Shown: positions 9,778 to 20,094 of the stretch, piece after piece
Layout of the letters: the number at the start of each line of letters is the position of its first letter
How positions within the stretch are numbered: the stretch's first letter is position 1
Source: Sandaracinaceae bacterium
GTDB lineage: Bacteria > Myxococcota_A > Polyangia > Polyangiales > Sandaracinaceae
Direction: 5' to 3'
NCBI GenBank assembly: GCA_044220955.1
Contig: JBGAQA010000087.1
Location: 1-28,791, forward strand
DNA length: 28,791 nucleotides
Notes under the pieces: generated by a model
The model's database searches: none
What the model was told of the DNA's origin: nothing
The model's input: the letters and a program-made list of their open reading frames with translations, nothing else
Translations under genes and position numbers: made by a program

Positions 9778-12327
9778 TCAGGCGGCCGACGTCTTGCGCC
9801 CCTTCGGCGGGACGGTCTCCCTGGGTCGCCCCGGCGGCGGCCGCGCGCTCCTTCGCTCGTCCGGCGCATCGATCCCGGCCCGCTTCAGCTTGTCGAGGAA
9901 GGTCGTCCTCGCGACCCCGAGCAGGCGGGCGGCCTCGCTCTTGTTGCCGCCTGCCCGCGCCAGCGCCGTCTCGAGCGCGCGCCGCTCGATGTCGGCGAGC
10001 GAGCCTCCGAGGGGATCCTGCGTCTCGCGCACGACGAGCGCGCCGACGTCGGCCTTCGTGATGCGCGGCGGCGTGGCCCTGCGAACCGCGCGCTCGATCA
10101 GCGCGAAGAGCTCGAGCTCGTTGCCGGGCCAGGGGTGCGCGGCCAGCTCCGCCATCGCGTCGTCCGCGATGCCCAGCGTCGCGGCGCCCGACGCGCGACA
10201 GGCGCGGTCGATCGCGAAGAGCACGAGCGAGCCGAGATCCTCCGGGCGCTCACGCAGCGGCGGCACGTCGACGCGGAGCGGTCTCAGCCGCTCGGCGAGG
10301 CCCGGGTCCATGCTGCTCCGCTCCACGAGCGCGGCCGGGTCGTCGTGCACGCCGATGACGACGCGCACGTCGATCGCATAGGGCGTCGCGCCGACGGCGC
10401 TGCGCGCGCTTCGCGTCGCGATCGCCTCGTCGAGCTCCCGGAGCACCTCGGTACCGAGCGCCGTCGCGCGGTCGAGGAAGAGCGTCCCGCCGGCCGCCAG
10501 CCGGAGCCAGCCGGGTGTCCCCTGGCGCAGGTCGTCGCCGAAGAGCGCGAGCTCGGCGTCCTCGGGGCGCACGTTCGCGCAGTCGGCGATGACGATCGGA
10601 CCCATCTTCCGCGGGCCGTTCTCGTGCAACGTGCGCACGAGCGGTGCGGCGGCGACGCCGGGCTCGAACGCGAGGAGCACCGGCGCATCGAGCGAGGCGA
10701 GCTCCTCGAGACGCGCCACGACCTTGCGCATCGCGGGGCCGTAGGCGACCAGCGGCGCGCTGCTCGGCCCGCCGACGCCCTCCTTCACCCGCGCCGCCTC
10801 GGCCCGCGCGCGAGACAGCTCGTCCTCGAGCGCGTCGATCCGCTCCTCGAGGCGCTCGCGCTGCGCCATGAGCTCGCCTTCGCGGCGCTGCCCACGCTCC
10901 TCCGTGCCGAGCAGGCCGACGACGGGCGTGACCCGCGCGGCGAGGCGCTCGAGGGCGGCGAGCTCCTCGAGCGTGAGCGCGCTGCGCCGTGCGCCGCGCG
11001 GCACCACGATCGCACCCTCGAGCTCGCCCTCGTGCAGCAGCGGGACCACCGCGAGCGCGTCGAGCGCCTCGAGCGCCTCGGCGAGCGCGCGCAGGTCCGG
11101 CCGGCGCACCACGAGCACCTCGATCGGGCCGCGGAGCACGATCTCGCCGCGCCGCGCCAGCAGTCGCTCGAGCAGCGCCGGTGAGAGAGGCCGCGGCTCG
11201 ACGTGAGCCAGGCCCGCCGCGTCGAGCCGGACGGCGCGTGGCGGCTCGAGCGTCAAGAGGAGCGGCTCGGCGTCGGCCCGCCGCGACGCCTTTCGCAGCG
11301 GGGCGAGGATGGCCGCGCCGAGCGCATCGAGCGTGCGGGCTCCCGCGGACACGCGATCGGCCTGCTCGACCGCCGCGAGCAGGCGCCCGCCGTCGGGCGC
11401 GAGGAGCCGCTCCACCAGCTCGCGCAGGACGAGCCCGATGCCGACGAGCACGGCCGCGAGCCCCGCGGCGACGACCCCGAGCGCGATGCGGTCGTCGGGG
11501 AGCACCGGCGCCAGCTGCGCGACCAGCAGACCGACGACGGCCAGCAGGAGAAACCCGCTGACGACCCGACGCGTCGCGAGCGCGGCTCGGACCGGCCGCA
11601 GCTCGCCGCGAATCGACAGGTGCCCCAGGACGAGGCTGAGCGCGGCGGCCGCGAAGAGCCCTCGCATCGCAGCGCCCTCTGGCGCCGACTCGCCGCCGAG
11701 CACGAGCGCCGCCGCCAGTCCGGCCAGCAGGAGCGACCCGAACGTGCCGGTCGCCGCTCCCGCGCTCGCTGCGAGGGCCTCGGGCTCGCTGCCCAGCCGG
11801 CGACGCATCGCACGCAGCGCGAGCGCCACCCCGAGGAGCGCTAGCGCGGTGACGTGCGCGAGGTGGCCCAGCGTCTCGCCCACGAGCAAGCCGAGGGGCA
11901 GCGGGCCCAGGACCGAGAGCCCGCCGAGGAGCGAGGCGAGCCCCGCGAGCGCGAGCAAGAGCGTCCGCAGCCGCCCGAAACGCGCGAGCCTCGGCGGGCG
12001 ATCCGGAACGTCGAACGCCAGGTCGACCGCGAGCGCGGCGGCCCAGGGCAGCGGGACGCGCGCCGCGAGCTCCAGCGTCAAGGACATCGCGGGCTGGGCG
12101 ACGCCGACGACGGCGATGGCCGCCGCGAACGCCATCCAGGCGATCCGCCGCGCGCCGGGCAGCGCGTCCTGGCGCAGCGCCAGCGCGGGCACCAGCGACA
12201 GGAGCGCAGCCGACGCAGCGAGGACCCACGCGGCAGCGTCGAGCGCGGGCGCGCTCGCGACGAGGTCCGCGAGCAGGTAGAGGACGAGCGCCGGCGCGAG
12301 CAGCGGCAACATCCGCCCCTCGCTCAT
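9778..12327 (-). CDS. Multi-pass membrane sigma54-activator-like protein with GAF, degenerate AAA+ and Fis HTH (~849 aa)
   Basis: Real gene is the distal part of ORF 9778..14424, starting at ATG 12327 (or 12312). About 9-10 hydrophobic segments, a GAF-like region, a coiled coil, AAA remnants ([25 protein letters not shown]) and [20 protein letters not shown]. Confidence 0.88.
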   Translation of the reverse strand: MSEGRMLPLLAPALVLYLLADLVASAPALDAAAWVLAASAALLSLVPALALRQDALPGARRIAWMAFAAAIAVVGVAQPAMSLTLELAARVPLPWAAALAVDLAFDVPDRPPRLARFGRLRTLLLALAGLASLLGGLSVLGPLPLGLLVGETLGHLAHVTALALLGVALALRAMRRRLGSEPEALAASAGAATGTFGSLLLAGLAAALVLGGESAPEGAAMRGLFAAAALSLVLGHLSIRGELRPVRAALATRRVVSGFLLLAVVGLLVAQLAPVLPDDRIALGVVAAGLAAVLVGIGLVLRELVERLLAPDGGRLLAAVEQADRVSAGARTLDALGAAILAPLRKASRRADAEPLLLTLEPPRAVRLDAAGLAHVEPRPLSPALLERLLARRGEIVLRGPIEVLVVRRPDLRALAEALEALDALAVVPLLHEGELEGAIVVPRGARRSALTLEELAALERLAARVTPVVGLLGTEERGQRREGELMAQRERLEERIDALEDELSRARAEAARVKEGVGGPSSAPLVAYGPAMRKVVARLEELASLDAPVLLAFEPGVAAAPLVRTLHENGPRKMGPIVIADCANVRPEDAELALFGDDLRQGTPGWLRLAAGGTLFLDRATALGTEVLRELDEAIATRSARSAVGATPYAIDVRVVIGVHDDPAALVERSSMDPGLAERLRPLRVDVPPLRERPEDLGSLVLFAIDRACRASGAATLGIADDAMAELAAHPWPGNELELFALIERAVRRATPPRITKADVGALVVRETQDPLGGSLADIERRALETALARAGGNKSEAARLLGVARTTFLDKLKRAGIDAPDERRSARPPPGRPRETVPPKGRKTSAA

Positions 12328-12435
12328 CGCCGCCCCTGCCGTCGCGTCTGCGCTCGCACGCGCCCGGTTTAGCAAGCGCGGTCGAAAGGTCGAAGTTCCG
12401 GGCCGCGTCCGGAGGAGATTGAGTATCCTGCCCCC

Positions 12436-14324
<1,889 letters not shown>

Positions 14325-14325
<1 letters not shown>

Positions 14326-14348
14326 AGCGGGCGGTCGCCGGCTCGCTC
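14325..14348. terminator. GC-rich hairpin between convergent genes (possible terminator, no U-tract)
   Basis: GAGCGGGC (14325-14332) can pair with GCTCGCTC (14341-14348), with one G-U pair. Confidence 0.3.
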
Positions 14349-14359
14349 CCTCGTCAGGG

Positions 14360-15373
14360 TCAGAACGTGATCGTCGCGCCCGCGTACCCGCCGGTCGGTC
14401 CCAGCGAGAGCACCGGGGAGACATCGACCCCCGACGACGCGCTCGCCTCGGCCTCGCGCTCGAGCGCGTCCTCGTCCGCCATGCCCTCCGGCGTCGCGAG
14501 CACGCGATCGCGCAGCTCGTGGTACGCGGACTCGCGCCGCTCGGCCTCGGTGTTCGTGACCAGCGTCACGACGCCCATGATGGTGGACACGCCGGCCAGC
14601 ACGATCACGAACCAGTCGGCCGGGTTCGGGACCTGGAAGTTGTTCGGGCCGAGGTAGGCGGGAATCACCGCGAGCCCGACCGCGAGGTTGATGGAGCCGT
14701 CGAGGATGCGGCCGATGCGCGCCTGCTCGGCGAGCGAGTCGAGCTGCAGCTCGCCATAGCGCAAGCGCTCGCGCACCTCGTGCATCGTCCCCATCGGCAT
14801 GTGGGAGTACCGGATCGCAGGCGCGCTCGGGTTGGTCATGAGCGCGAAGCTGAGGATGGCGCGGGACGCCGAGGCCGCGGCGTAGGTGTAGAGGTAGATC
14901 GCGGCGTAGGACGTGGTGCCCGGCGGGCTCGACGTGTCGAGGAGCACGCCCCACGTCACCGTGGCGGCCGTCGACACCAGCATCAGCACGCCGTCGAGGA
15001 TGCTGCCGCCCCCGCGGGCCGCGAGGATCTGCAGGTCGGCATCCAGCGCGCGCAGGCGCGTGGCGACCGTCGTCCCGATGTGGACGTCGGGCGAGTCGGC
15101 CAGCAGCGTGCCGCGCGGCGCCGCGTAGACCGGCACGGTCCCGGGCGGCACCGGGACCGCGACGTCCGAGTACGATCCCGGCGCCCTCGACGTGATCGGC
15201 GTCGTCGGCACCGCCGGCGTCGTGGCCGGCGCCGGGGGGCCGCTGGTCGGCGCGCCGGCACGATCCCCCGGCGGATAGGGCGATCCGAGAGCGCTCGCCT
15301 GCGCGCCCGCAACGCTCGACGTCCCGAGGACGAGAAGGCCGATGACGACAGAGACGGACCGTGTGCTCGGCAC
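14360..15373 (-). CDS. Hypothetical exported/membrane protein (337 aa)
   Basis: Signal peptide ending AGA-Q, Pro/Thr-rich linker, four hydrophobic helices, C-terminal GGYAGATITF. Confidence 0.8.
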   Translation of the reverse strand: MPSTRSVSVVIGLLVLGTSSVAGAQASALGSPYPPGDRAGAPTSGPPAPATTPAVPTTPITSRAPGSYSDVAVPVPPGTVPVYAAPRGTLLADSPDVHIGTTVATRLRALDADLQILAARGGGSILDGVLMLVSTAATVTWGVLLDTSSPPGTTSYAAIYLYTYAAASASRAILSFALMTNPSAPAIRYSHMPMGTMHEVRERLRYGELQLDSLAEQARIGRILDGSINLAVGLAVIPAYLGPNNFQVPNPADWFVIVLAGVSTIMGVVTLVTNTEAERRESAYHELRDRVLATPEGMADEDALEREAEASASSGVDVSPVLSLGPTGGYAGATITF

Positions 15374-15483
15374 GGTGTCAGTATAGCGCCCGTCCCACGT
15401 CCTCGCGAGCGGGCCCCTGCCCGAAGGGCGGGCCGACCCGAGCGGAAGACCGCGAGCGAAAGACGGAAGCGACGATGCGAGCG

Positions 15484-16863
15484 ATGGCGAAGAGCAAGAG
15501 CGTGTTCGTGTGTACCGAGTGCGGAGACGACTCTCCCAAGTGGCTGGGCCGCTGTCCGGCGTGCGGAGCGTGGAGCACGCTCGTCGAGCGCCGAGAGCAG
15601 CCCGCCCACGCGAGCGTCCGGGCGCGGGCCAACGTCGCGGGCGACCAGAGCGCGCCCCTGGCCATCCGCGACGTGGGGGCGGACGCGGCGCAGCGCATCG
15701 AGACGGGCCTGGCCGAGCTGGATCGGGTGCTGGGCGGCGGCCCCGTGCTCGGCGGCGTGGTCCTGCTCGGTGGCGACCCGGGCATCGGGAAGTCCACGCT
15801 GCTCATGCAGGCGCTCGCGGGGATCGCGCGCGGCGGGCGCGGCGCGCTCTACGTGACCGGGGAGGAGTCGGCGGCGCAGGTCGCGCTCCGCGCGCGACGG
15901 CTCGGCGGCGAGGGGATGGACGCCATCGTCGTACAGGCGACGCTCGATCTCGACGAGGTGCTCGGGGCGATCGAGCGCCTGTCCCCTGCGGCGGTCGTGG
16001 TCGACTCGGTGCAGACGGTGCGCATCGCCGCGCTGCAGACGCCCGCGGGGAGCGTCGCGCAGCTGCGCGAGGTGGCCGCGCGCCTGGTCGAGGTCGCCAA
16101 GCGGCGCGGCGTCGCGATGTTCCTGATCGGACACGTCACCAAGGACGGCACGCTCGCGGGCCCGAAGCTGCTCGAGCACCTCGTCGACACCGTGCTCACG
16201 TTCGAGGGCGACGCGACCGCGTCGTTCCGCATCGTGCGCGCCACGAAGAACCGCTTCGGGCCGGCGCAGGAGATGGCGGTGTTCGAGATGGTGCGCGACG
16301 GACTGCGCGAGGTCGCGAGCCCGAGCGCGCTCTTCCTGCGCGAGCGCCCCTCGCGGGCCGCGGGGTCGGTCGTGACGCCGATCGCGGAGGGCTCGCGGCC
16401 CGTGCTCGTCGAGGTGCAGGCGCTCGTCGCCCCGCCGCAGTACGGGCCCGCCCGGCGGGTGGCGACCGGGGTCGACGGCAGCCGACTCGCGATCCTGCTC
16501 GCGGTCCTCGAACGGAAGGCCGACGTGCACGTGCTCGATCGCGACGTGTTCGCGAGCGTGGCGGGCGGCGCGCGGGTGGAGGAGCGCGCGGCGGATCTCG
16601 CGCTGGCGATCGCCGTCGTGTCGAGCCTCAGGGATCGGGCGGTGTCGCCCGAGCTGGCCGTGTTCGGCGAGGTCGGCCTCGCGGGCGAGCTGCGCGCCGT
16701 GCCCCGCGGTGCGGCGCGCGTGGCGGAGGCGCGCGCGATGGGCTTCACCCGCATCCTGATGCCGCGCGGAAACGCGGCCCAGCTCACCGAGGAGGAGCGC
16801 GCCGGGGTGGAGGTCGTCGGCGCCCCGGGCCTGGTCGACGCGATGGGTCACGCGCTCGAGTAG
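15484..16863 (+). CDS. radA: DNA repair protein RadA/Sms
   Basis: From ATG 15484 (MAKSKSVFVCTECG...WLGRCPACGAW): Zn ribbon, Walker A GGDPGIGKSTL, GHVTKDG, KNRFG motif, Lon-like C-terminus (GEVGLAGELR). Confidence 0.97.
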   Translation: MAKSKSVFVCTECGDDSPKWLGRCPACGAWSTLVERREQPAHASVRARANVAGDQSAPLAIRDVGADAAQRIETGLAELDRVLGGGPVLGGVVLLGGDPGIGKSTLLMQALAGIARGGRGALYVTGEESAAQVALRARRLGGEGMDAIVVQATLDLDEVLGAIERLSPAAVVVDSVQTVRIAALQTPAGSVAQLREVAARLVEVAKRRGVAMFLIGHVTKDGTLAGPKLLEHLVDTVLTFEGDATASFRIVRATKNRFGPAQEMAVFEMVRDGLREVASPSALFLRERPSRAAGSVVTPIAEGSRPVLVEVQALVAPPQYGPARRVATGVDGSRLAILLAVLERKADVHVLDRDVFASVAGGARVEERAADLALAIAVVSSLRDRAVSPELAVFGEVGLAGELRAVPRGAARVAEARAMGFTRILMPRGNAAQLTEEERAGVEVVGAPGLVDAMGHALE

Positions 16864-16909
16864 GACGCCCTGGCTCGCAACGCCCGACGCCTCGGGGCGA
16901 CAAGGGCGC

Positions 16910-17569
16910 ATGAGCTTCGTGGCCGCGCTGCGGGGGCTGCTCTCGCTCGTCGCGCCGCGACGCTGCCCGGGCTGCGACGCCCCGATCGAGGAGGACGCAC
17001 GCTTCTGCGGCGCCTGCGAGCCCCTGCTCGAGCGCGCGGGCGGAGCGCTCGGCACGCACGGGGCGTTCGTCTACGGCGGGCCGCTGGCCGATGCGCTCCG
17101 CCGCTACAAGTACGGCGGCCGGACCGAGCTCGCCGCGCCGCTCGGCGCGCTGCTCGCGGCAGAGGCTTGCGATCGCTTCGGCGGCGCGATCGACGTCGTG
17201 GTGCCGGTGCCCCCGCACCCGCGACGGGTGGCCGAGCGCGGCTTCGATCCGAGCGCGCTCCTGGCGCTGGCGGCGGCGCGCGCGCTCGGCGCCAGGTACG
17301 CGCCCTCTGCCATCGCGCGCGTGCGCGACACTCCGCCCCAGGCCTCGCTCGCGCGCGCCCGCCGGCTCTCGAACGTCGCCGGCTGCTTCGCCGTGCGCGC
17401 GCCGCTCGACGAGCAACGCGTGCTCGTGGTCGACGACGTCCGCACGACGGGCGCGACCCTGTTCGAGATGGCGCGCGCGGTGGACGACGCCGGCGCCGCG
17501 TCGATCGCCCTGTTCGCGCTCGCGGTCGCGGACCCCGAGGACGCGGAGCGGCCCGCACGCCTCAGATGA
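16910..17569 (+). CDS. comF: ComF family protein (zinc ribbon + phosphoribosyltransferase domain)
   Basis: CPGC...CGAC, YKYGG, VPVPPHPRRVAERGF, VVDDVRTTGATL. Confidence 0.9.
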   Translation: MSFVAALRGLLSLVAPRRCPGCDAPIEEDARFCGACEPLLERAGGALGTHGAFVYGGPLADALRRYKYGGRTELAAPLGALLAAEACDRFGGAIDVVVPVPPHPRRVAERGFDPSALLALAAARALGARYAPSAIARVRDTPPQASLARARRLSNVAGCFAVRAPLDEQRVLVVDDVRTTGATLFEMARAVDDAGAASIALFALAVADPEDAERPARLR

Positions 17570-18893
17570 CGATCGACTCGCAGCCGAACTGCACGTCGAG
17601 GCCCGTGGAGGGCCCCGTGACCTCGGCCTGCGCGGCCGTGCACGACGAGGGGCAGAGCACGATGTGGGTCGGGCTCGTGAACGAGTCGTAGTACCAGCCG
17701 CCCCGCGTCGGATCACACGAGGAGGGGTCGCGCACGTAGCCGACGACGGTGTCTCCGGAGGTGCCGCGCACCACGACGTTCACGCGCCCCATCTGGAAGG
17801 TCATCCCCGTCGGCGGCGGCGGGATCTCGACGGTGCACGCGATCGGCGCTCCGCGGACGACGCTCGCCGCGATCGCGTCGAAGAAGGGGCCGAACGCGGC
17901 GGCGCCGTCGCAGATCTGCGCGCGCACGCCGCCGGTGCGGGCGACCAGCGTCGTGTACGTGGTCCCCGACGCCGGCGGCTGTGTGCCGCCCGGATAGGTG
18001 CAGCGGACCGAGGGGTCGGTGTCCGAGCCGTAGCCGTAGATCGCGTCGAACGTGTAGCCGTCGAAGAGCCCGGCGTAGCTCGCATCGAGGATGCCCGGGC
18101 CGAGCGTGCGACTGCTGAAGGGGTTCCCGCCGCCGGGGAAGTCCTCGAGGCTCGTCGCGGTGAAGGGCGGATCGGAGGGCTGCGGACAGGCGGTGAGCCC
18201 CGGACCGCACGTGCGCTGGTTGTCGTCCGCCACCATGACGAACGTCCGCGTCGCCTCGGGGCGGAGCAGCGAGCGCCAGGGTGGCGCGCCGTACCCCGCG
18301 GGCGAAGCGAAGGGCCCCTCCGCCTCGGTGTAGCCCGCCGACTGCGCGAGCGTCCCGAGGATCTGCTCGAGCGGCATCGTGCTCCGCACGTCCATCTCGA
18401 CCTGGAAGAACCGCGACCCGTCCGCGCAGGCCGGCCCGGCGAGCGGCTCGGGCACGCAGAGCGGATGGCGCCCCGTGAGGCCCGACGGGATGGTGCGGAG
18501 CGAGAGCAGGATCATCCGGTAGTCGAGGTCGCTCGCCACGAGCTGCGCCGCGAAGCCGTTGAGGCCCGCTTGCACGGCGTCGATCGCGGGCGCCATCGAG
18601 GCCGAGTTGTCCACGACCCAGATGATGTCCGCCGGCAGACGCACGAGCGTCGCGGCGCTGGTGGCCGACTCGCAGGCGGCGTCCGGGGAGAGCCCGACGT
18701 CCGAGCGCGGCGCGTCGCGACCCATGTCGGGGCCGACGTCGGCGGGCACGAACGCGTCCATCGGCCCGACGTCGTGGAGGCTGCCCGTGTCGAACATCGG
18801 GGGGCGGACGGCGCCCACCGTGCATCCGGAGCACCCCGGGAGGGCCGTCAGGGCGAGCGCGAAGACCCACGGTGTGAAGCGAGCCATGGCCAC
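17562..18893 (-). CDS. vWA-domain, Cys-rich lipoprotein
   Basis: Lipobox-like LTALPGC, MIDAS-type DIIWVVDNSASM, C-terminal GGWYYD...IVLCPSSC...VQFGC module typical of myxobacterial vWA lipoproteins. Start GTG 18893 or ATG 18887. Confidence 0.85.
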   Translation of the reverse strand: MAMARFTPWVFALALTALPGCSGCTVGAVRPPMFDTGSLHDVGPMDAFVPADVGPDMGRDAPRSDVGLSPDAACESATSAATLVRLPADIIWVVDNSASMAPAIDAVQAGLNGFAAQLVASDLDYRMILLSLRTIPSGLTGRHPLCVPEPLAGPACADGSRFFQVEMDVRSTMPLEQILGTLAQSAGYTEAEGPFASPAGYGAPPWRSLLRPEATRTFVMVADDNQRTCGPGLTACPQPSDPPFTATSLEDFPGGGNPFSSRTLGPGILDASYAGLFDGYTFDAIYGYGSDTDPSVRCTYPGGTQPPASGTTYTTLVARTGGVRAQICDGAAAFGPFFDAIAASVVRGAPIACTVEIPPPPTGMTFQMGRVNVVVRGTSGDTVVGYVRDPSSCDPTRGGWYYDSFTSPTHIVLCPSSCTAAQAEVTGPSTGLDVQFGCESIVI

Positions 18894-18953
18894 GTCCTCA
18901 AGTTAGCAGCGTTCCCGGCGGAGAGGGCGCGCTCGTCACATACTATCACCTCC

Positions 18954-20042
18954 GTGACGCGCGCCCTCCCCGTGCTCCTCGGCCTCGCCATCGCCTCGGC
19001 GCTGCCGCTGCGCGCACGCGCGCAGGAGCGATCGCGACCGGGTGCCGGGTCGGTGCTCGACGTCGCCCTGCCGGAGCGCGCCGCGGCGCTGCGGATCCGC
19101 GCCGAGGCTCGCGCGCGCCTGCTCGACGCCCTCGACGGCGATCGCGACATCGCCCTCGGCCCGGCTCGCGACGTGCTGCTCGAGCAGGCGATCGCCCGCT
19201 ACGACGCGGTCCTCGCGGTGCTTCCCGAGGACACGGACGCATGGCTCGAGCGTGGCCGCGCGCTCTCGGCCTTCGAGCGGACGATGGCCGACGGCAGCCG
19301 AGAGACCCGCTTCGAGGAGGCGATCGCCTCGTACGAGCGAGCACGGGCGCTCGATCCGCGGCGCGAAGAGGCCTTCGTGGCCTTCGAGCTCGCGGTCCTG
19401 CGCACCCGGCGCGGCGACTACGGCGCCGCCGAGGCCGAGTACGCGCGGGCCTTCGACGCGCGAGAGGCCCTGCCGTCGATGCCCGTGCACCCGATCACAC
19501 GACGCGAGCTGGGGCTGATCGTGCTCTTTCTGCCGCCCAGCACGGAGACCACGCTCGCGAACTGGGCGGAGGTGACCATGCTCGCGGGCGACGCGAGCGC
19601 GGCCGCCGAGCGGTACCGCGCGGCGATCGCGGCCGCCCCCGCTGCGTCGGACTCGGCCGCGCTCGGTCTCTGGGGCCTCGCGCTCGCCCTGGAGCGCGCC
19701 GGCAGCCACGCGGAGGCGATCGAGACGGCGCTGCGCGCGGTCGACGCCGATCCGAGCGAGGCGCGGCCCGGGCGCGGACGTCTCCTCGATCGCTACGGTC
19801 CCTTCGCCGTGCTCCACCTCGACGGCGTGTTCTTCGAGCCGGCGTGCGAGATCCACGCGTACGAGTCGCTGGGGCACGAGGCGCTGGCCACGCGAGCGGC
19901 GAGCGCGGAAGGGCGCGCGGCGGAGTGGACGGCGGCCCGCCTGAGCGCACGCTTCTTCCTCGCGGAGGGCGGGCGCGCCTCTCCCTACGCGGCGGTCGCG
20001 CGCGAGGCGGATGCCCGGCTCGGCGCGCTGCTCGCCGGCTGA
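18954..20042 (+). CDS. Exported TPR-repeat protein (~362 aa)
   Basis: Distal part of ORF 17091..20042 from GTG 18954: signal peptide MTRALPVLLGLAIASALPLRARA-Q, then TPR patterns (AWLERGRAL, FEEAIASYERARALDP, GDYGAAEAEYARA, WGLALALERAG). Confidence 0.85.
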   Translation: MTRALPVLLGLAIASALPLRARAQERSRPGAGSVLDVALPERAAALRIRAEARARLLDALDGDRDIALGPARDVLLEQAIARYDAVLAVLPEDTDAWLERGRALSAFERTMADGSRETRFEEAIASYERARALDPRREEAFVAFELAVLRTRRGDYGAAEAEYARAFDAREALPSMPVHPITRRELGLIVLFLPPSTETTLANWAEVTMLAGDASAAAERYRAAIAAAPAASDSAALGLWGLALALERAGSHAEAIETALRAVDADPSEARPGRGRLLDRYGPFAVLHLDGVFFEPACEIHAYESLGHEALATRAASAEGRAAEWTAARLSARFFLAEGGRASPYAAVAREADARLGALLAG

Positions 20043-20094
20043 GGTGTCGAGCCCCGGCTCGCGCCGCGCCCGGAGCTCAGCTATCCCGTCCTCG

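Noticed and set aside
9778..12327. Calling the degenerate activator a pseudogene
   Set aside because: The ORF is uninterrupted and the HTH and structural motifs are conserved; the loss is focused on catalytic residues.
15374..15483. LexA/SOS box upstream of radA
   Set aside because: No match to the Myxococcus-type (GTTCAG-containing) or E. coli-type CTGT-N8-ACAG box was seen.
16864..16909. Hairpins between radA and comF that might occlude the comF ribosome-binding site
   Set aside because: Stems are short, imperfect and GC-only; not distinguishable from chance.
17091..18953. N-terminal part of ORF 17091..20042
   Set aside because: Overlaps comF out of frame and is antisense to the vWA gene; a signal peptide starts at GTG 18954.
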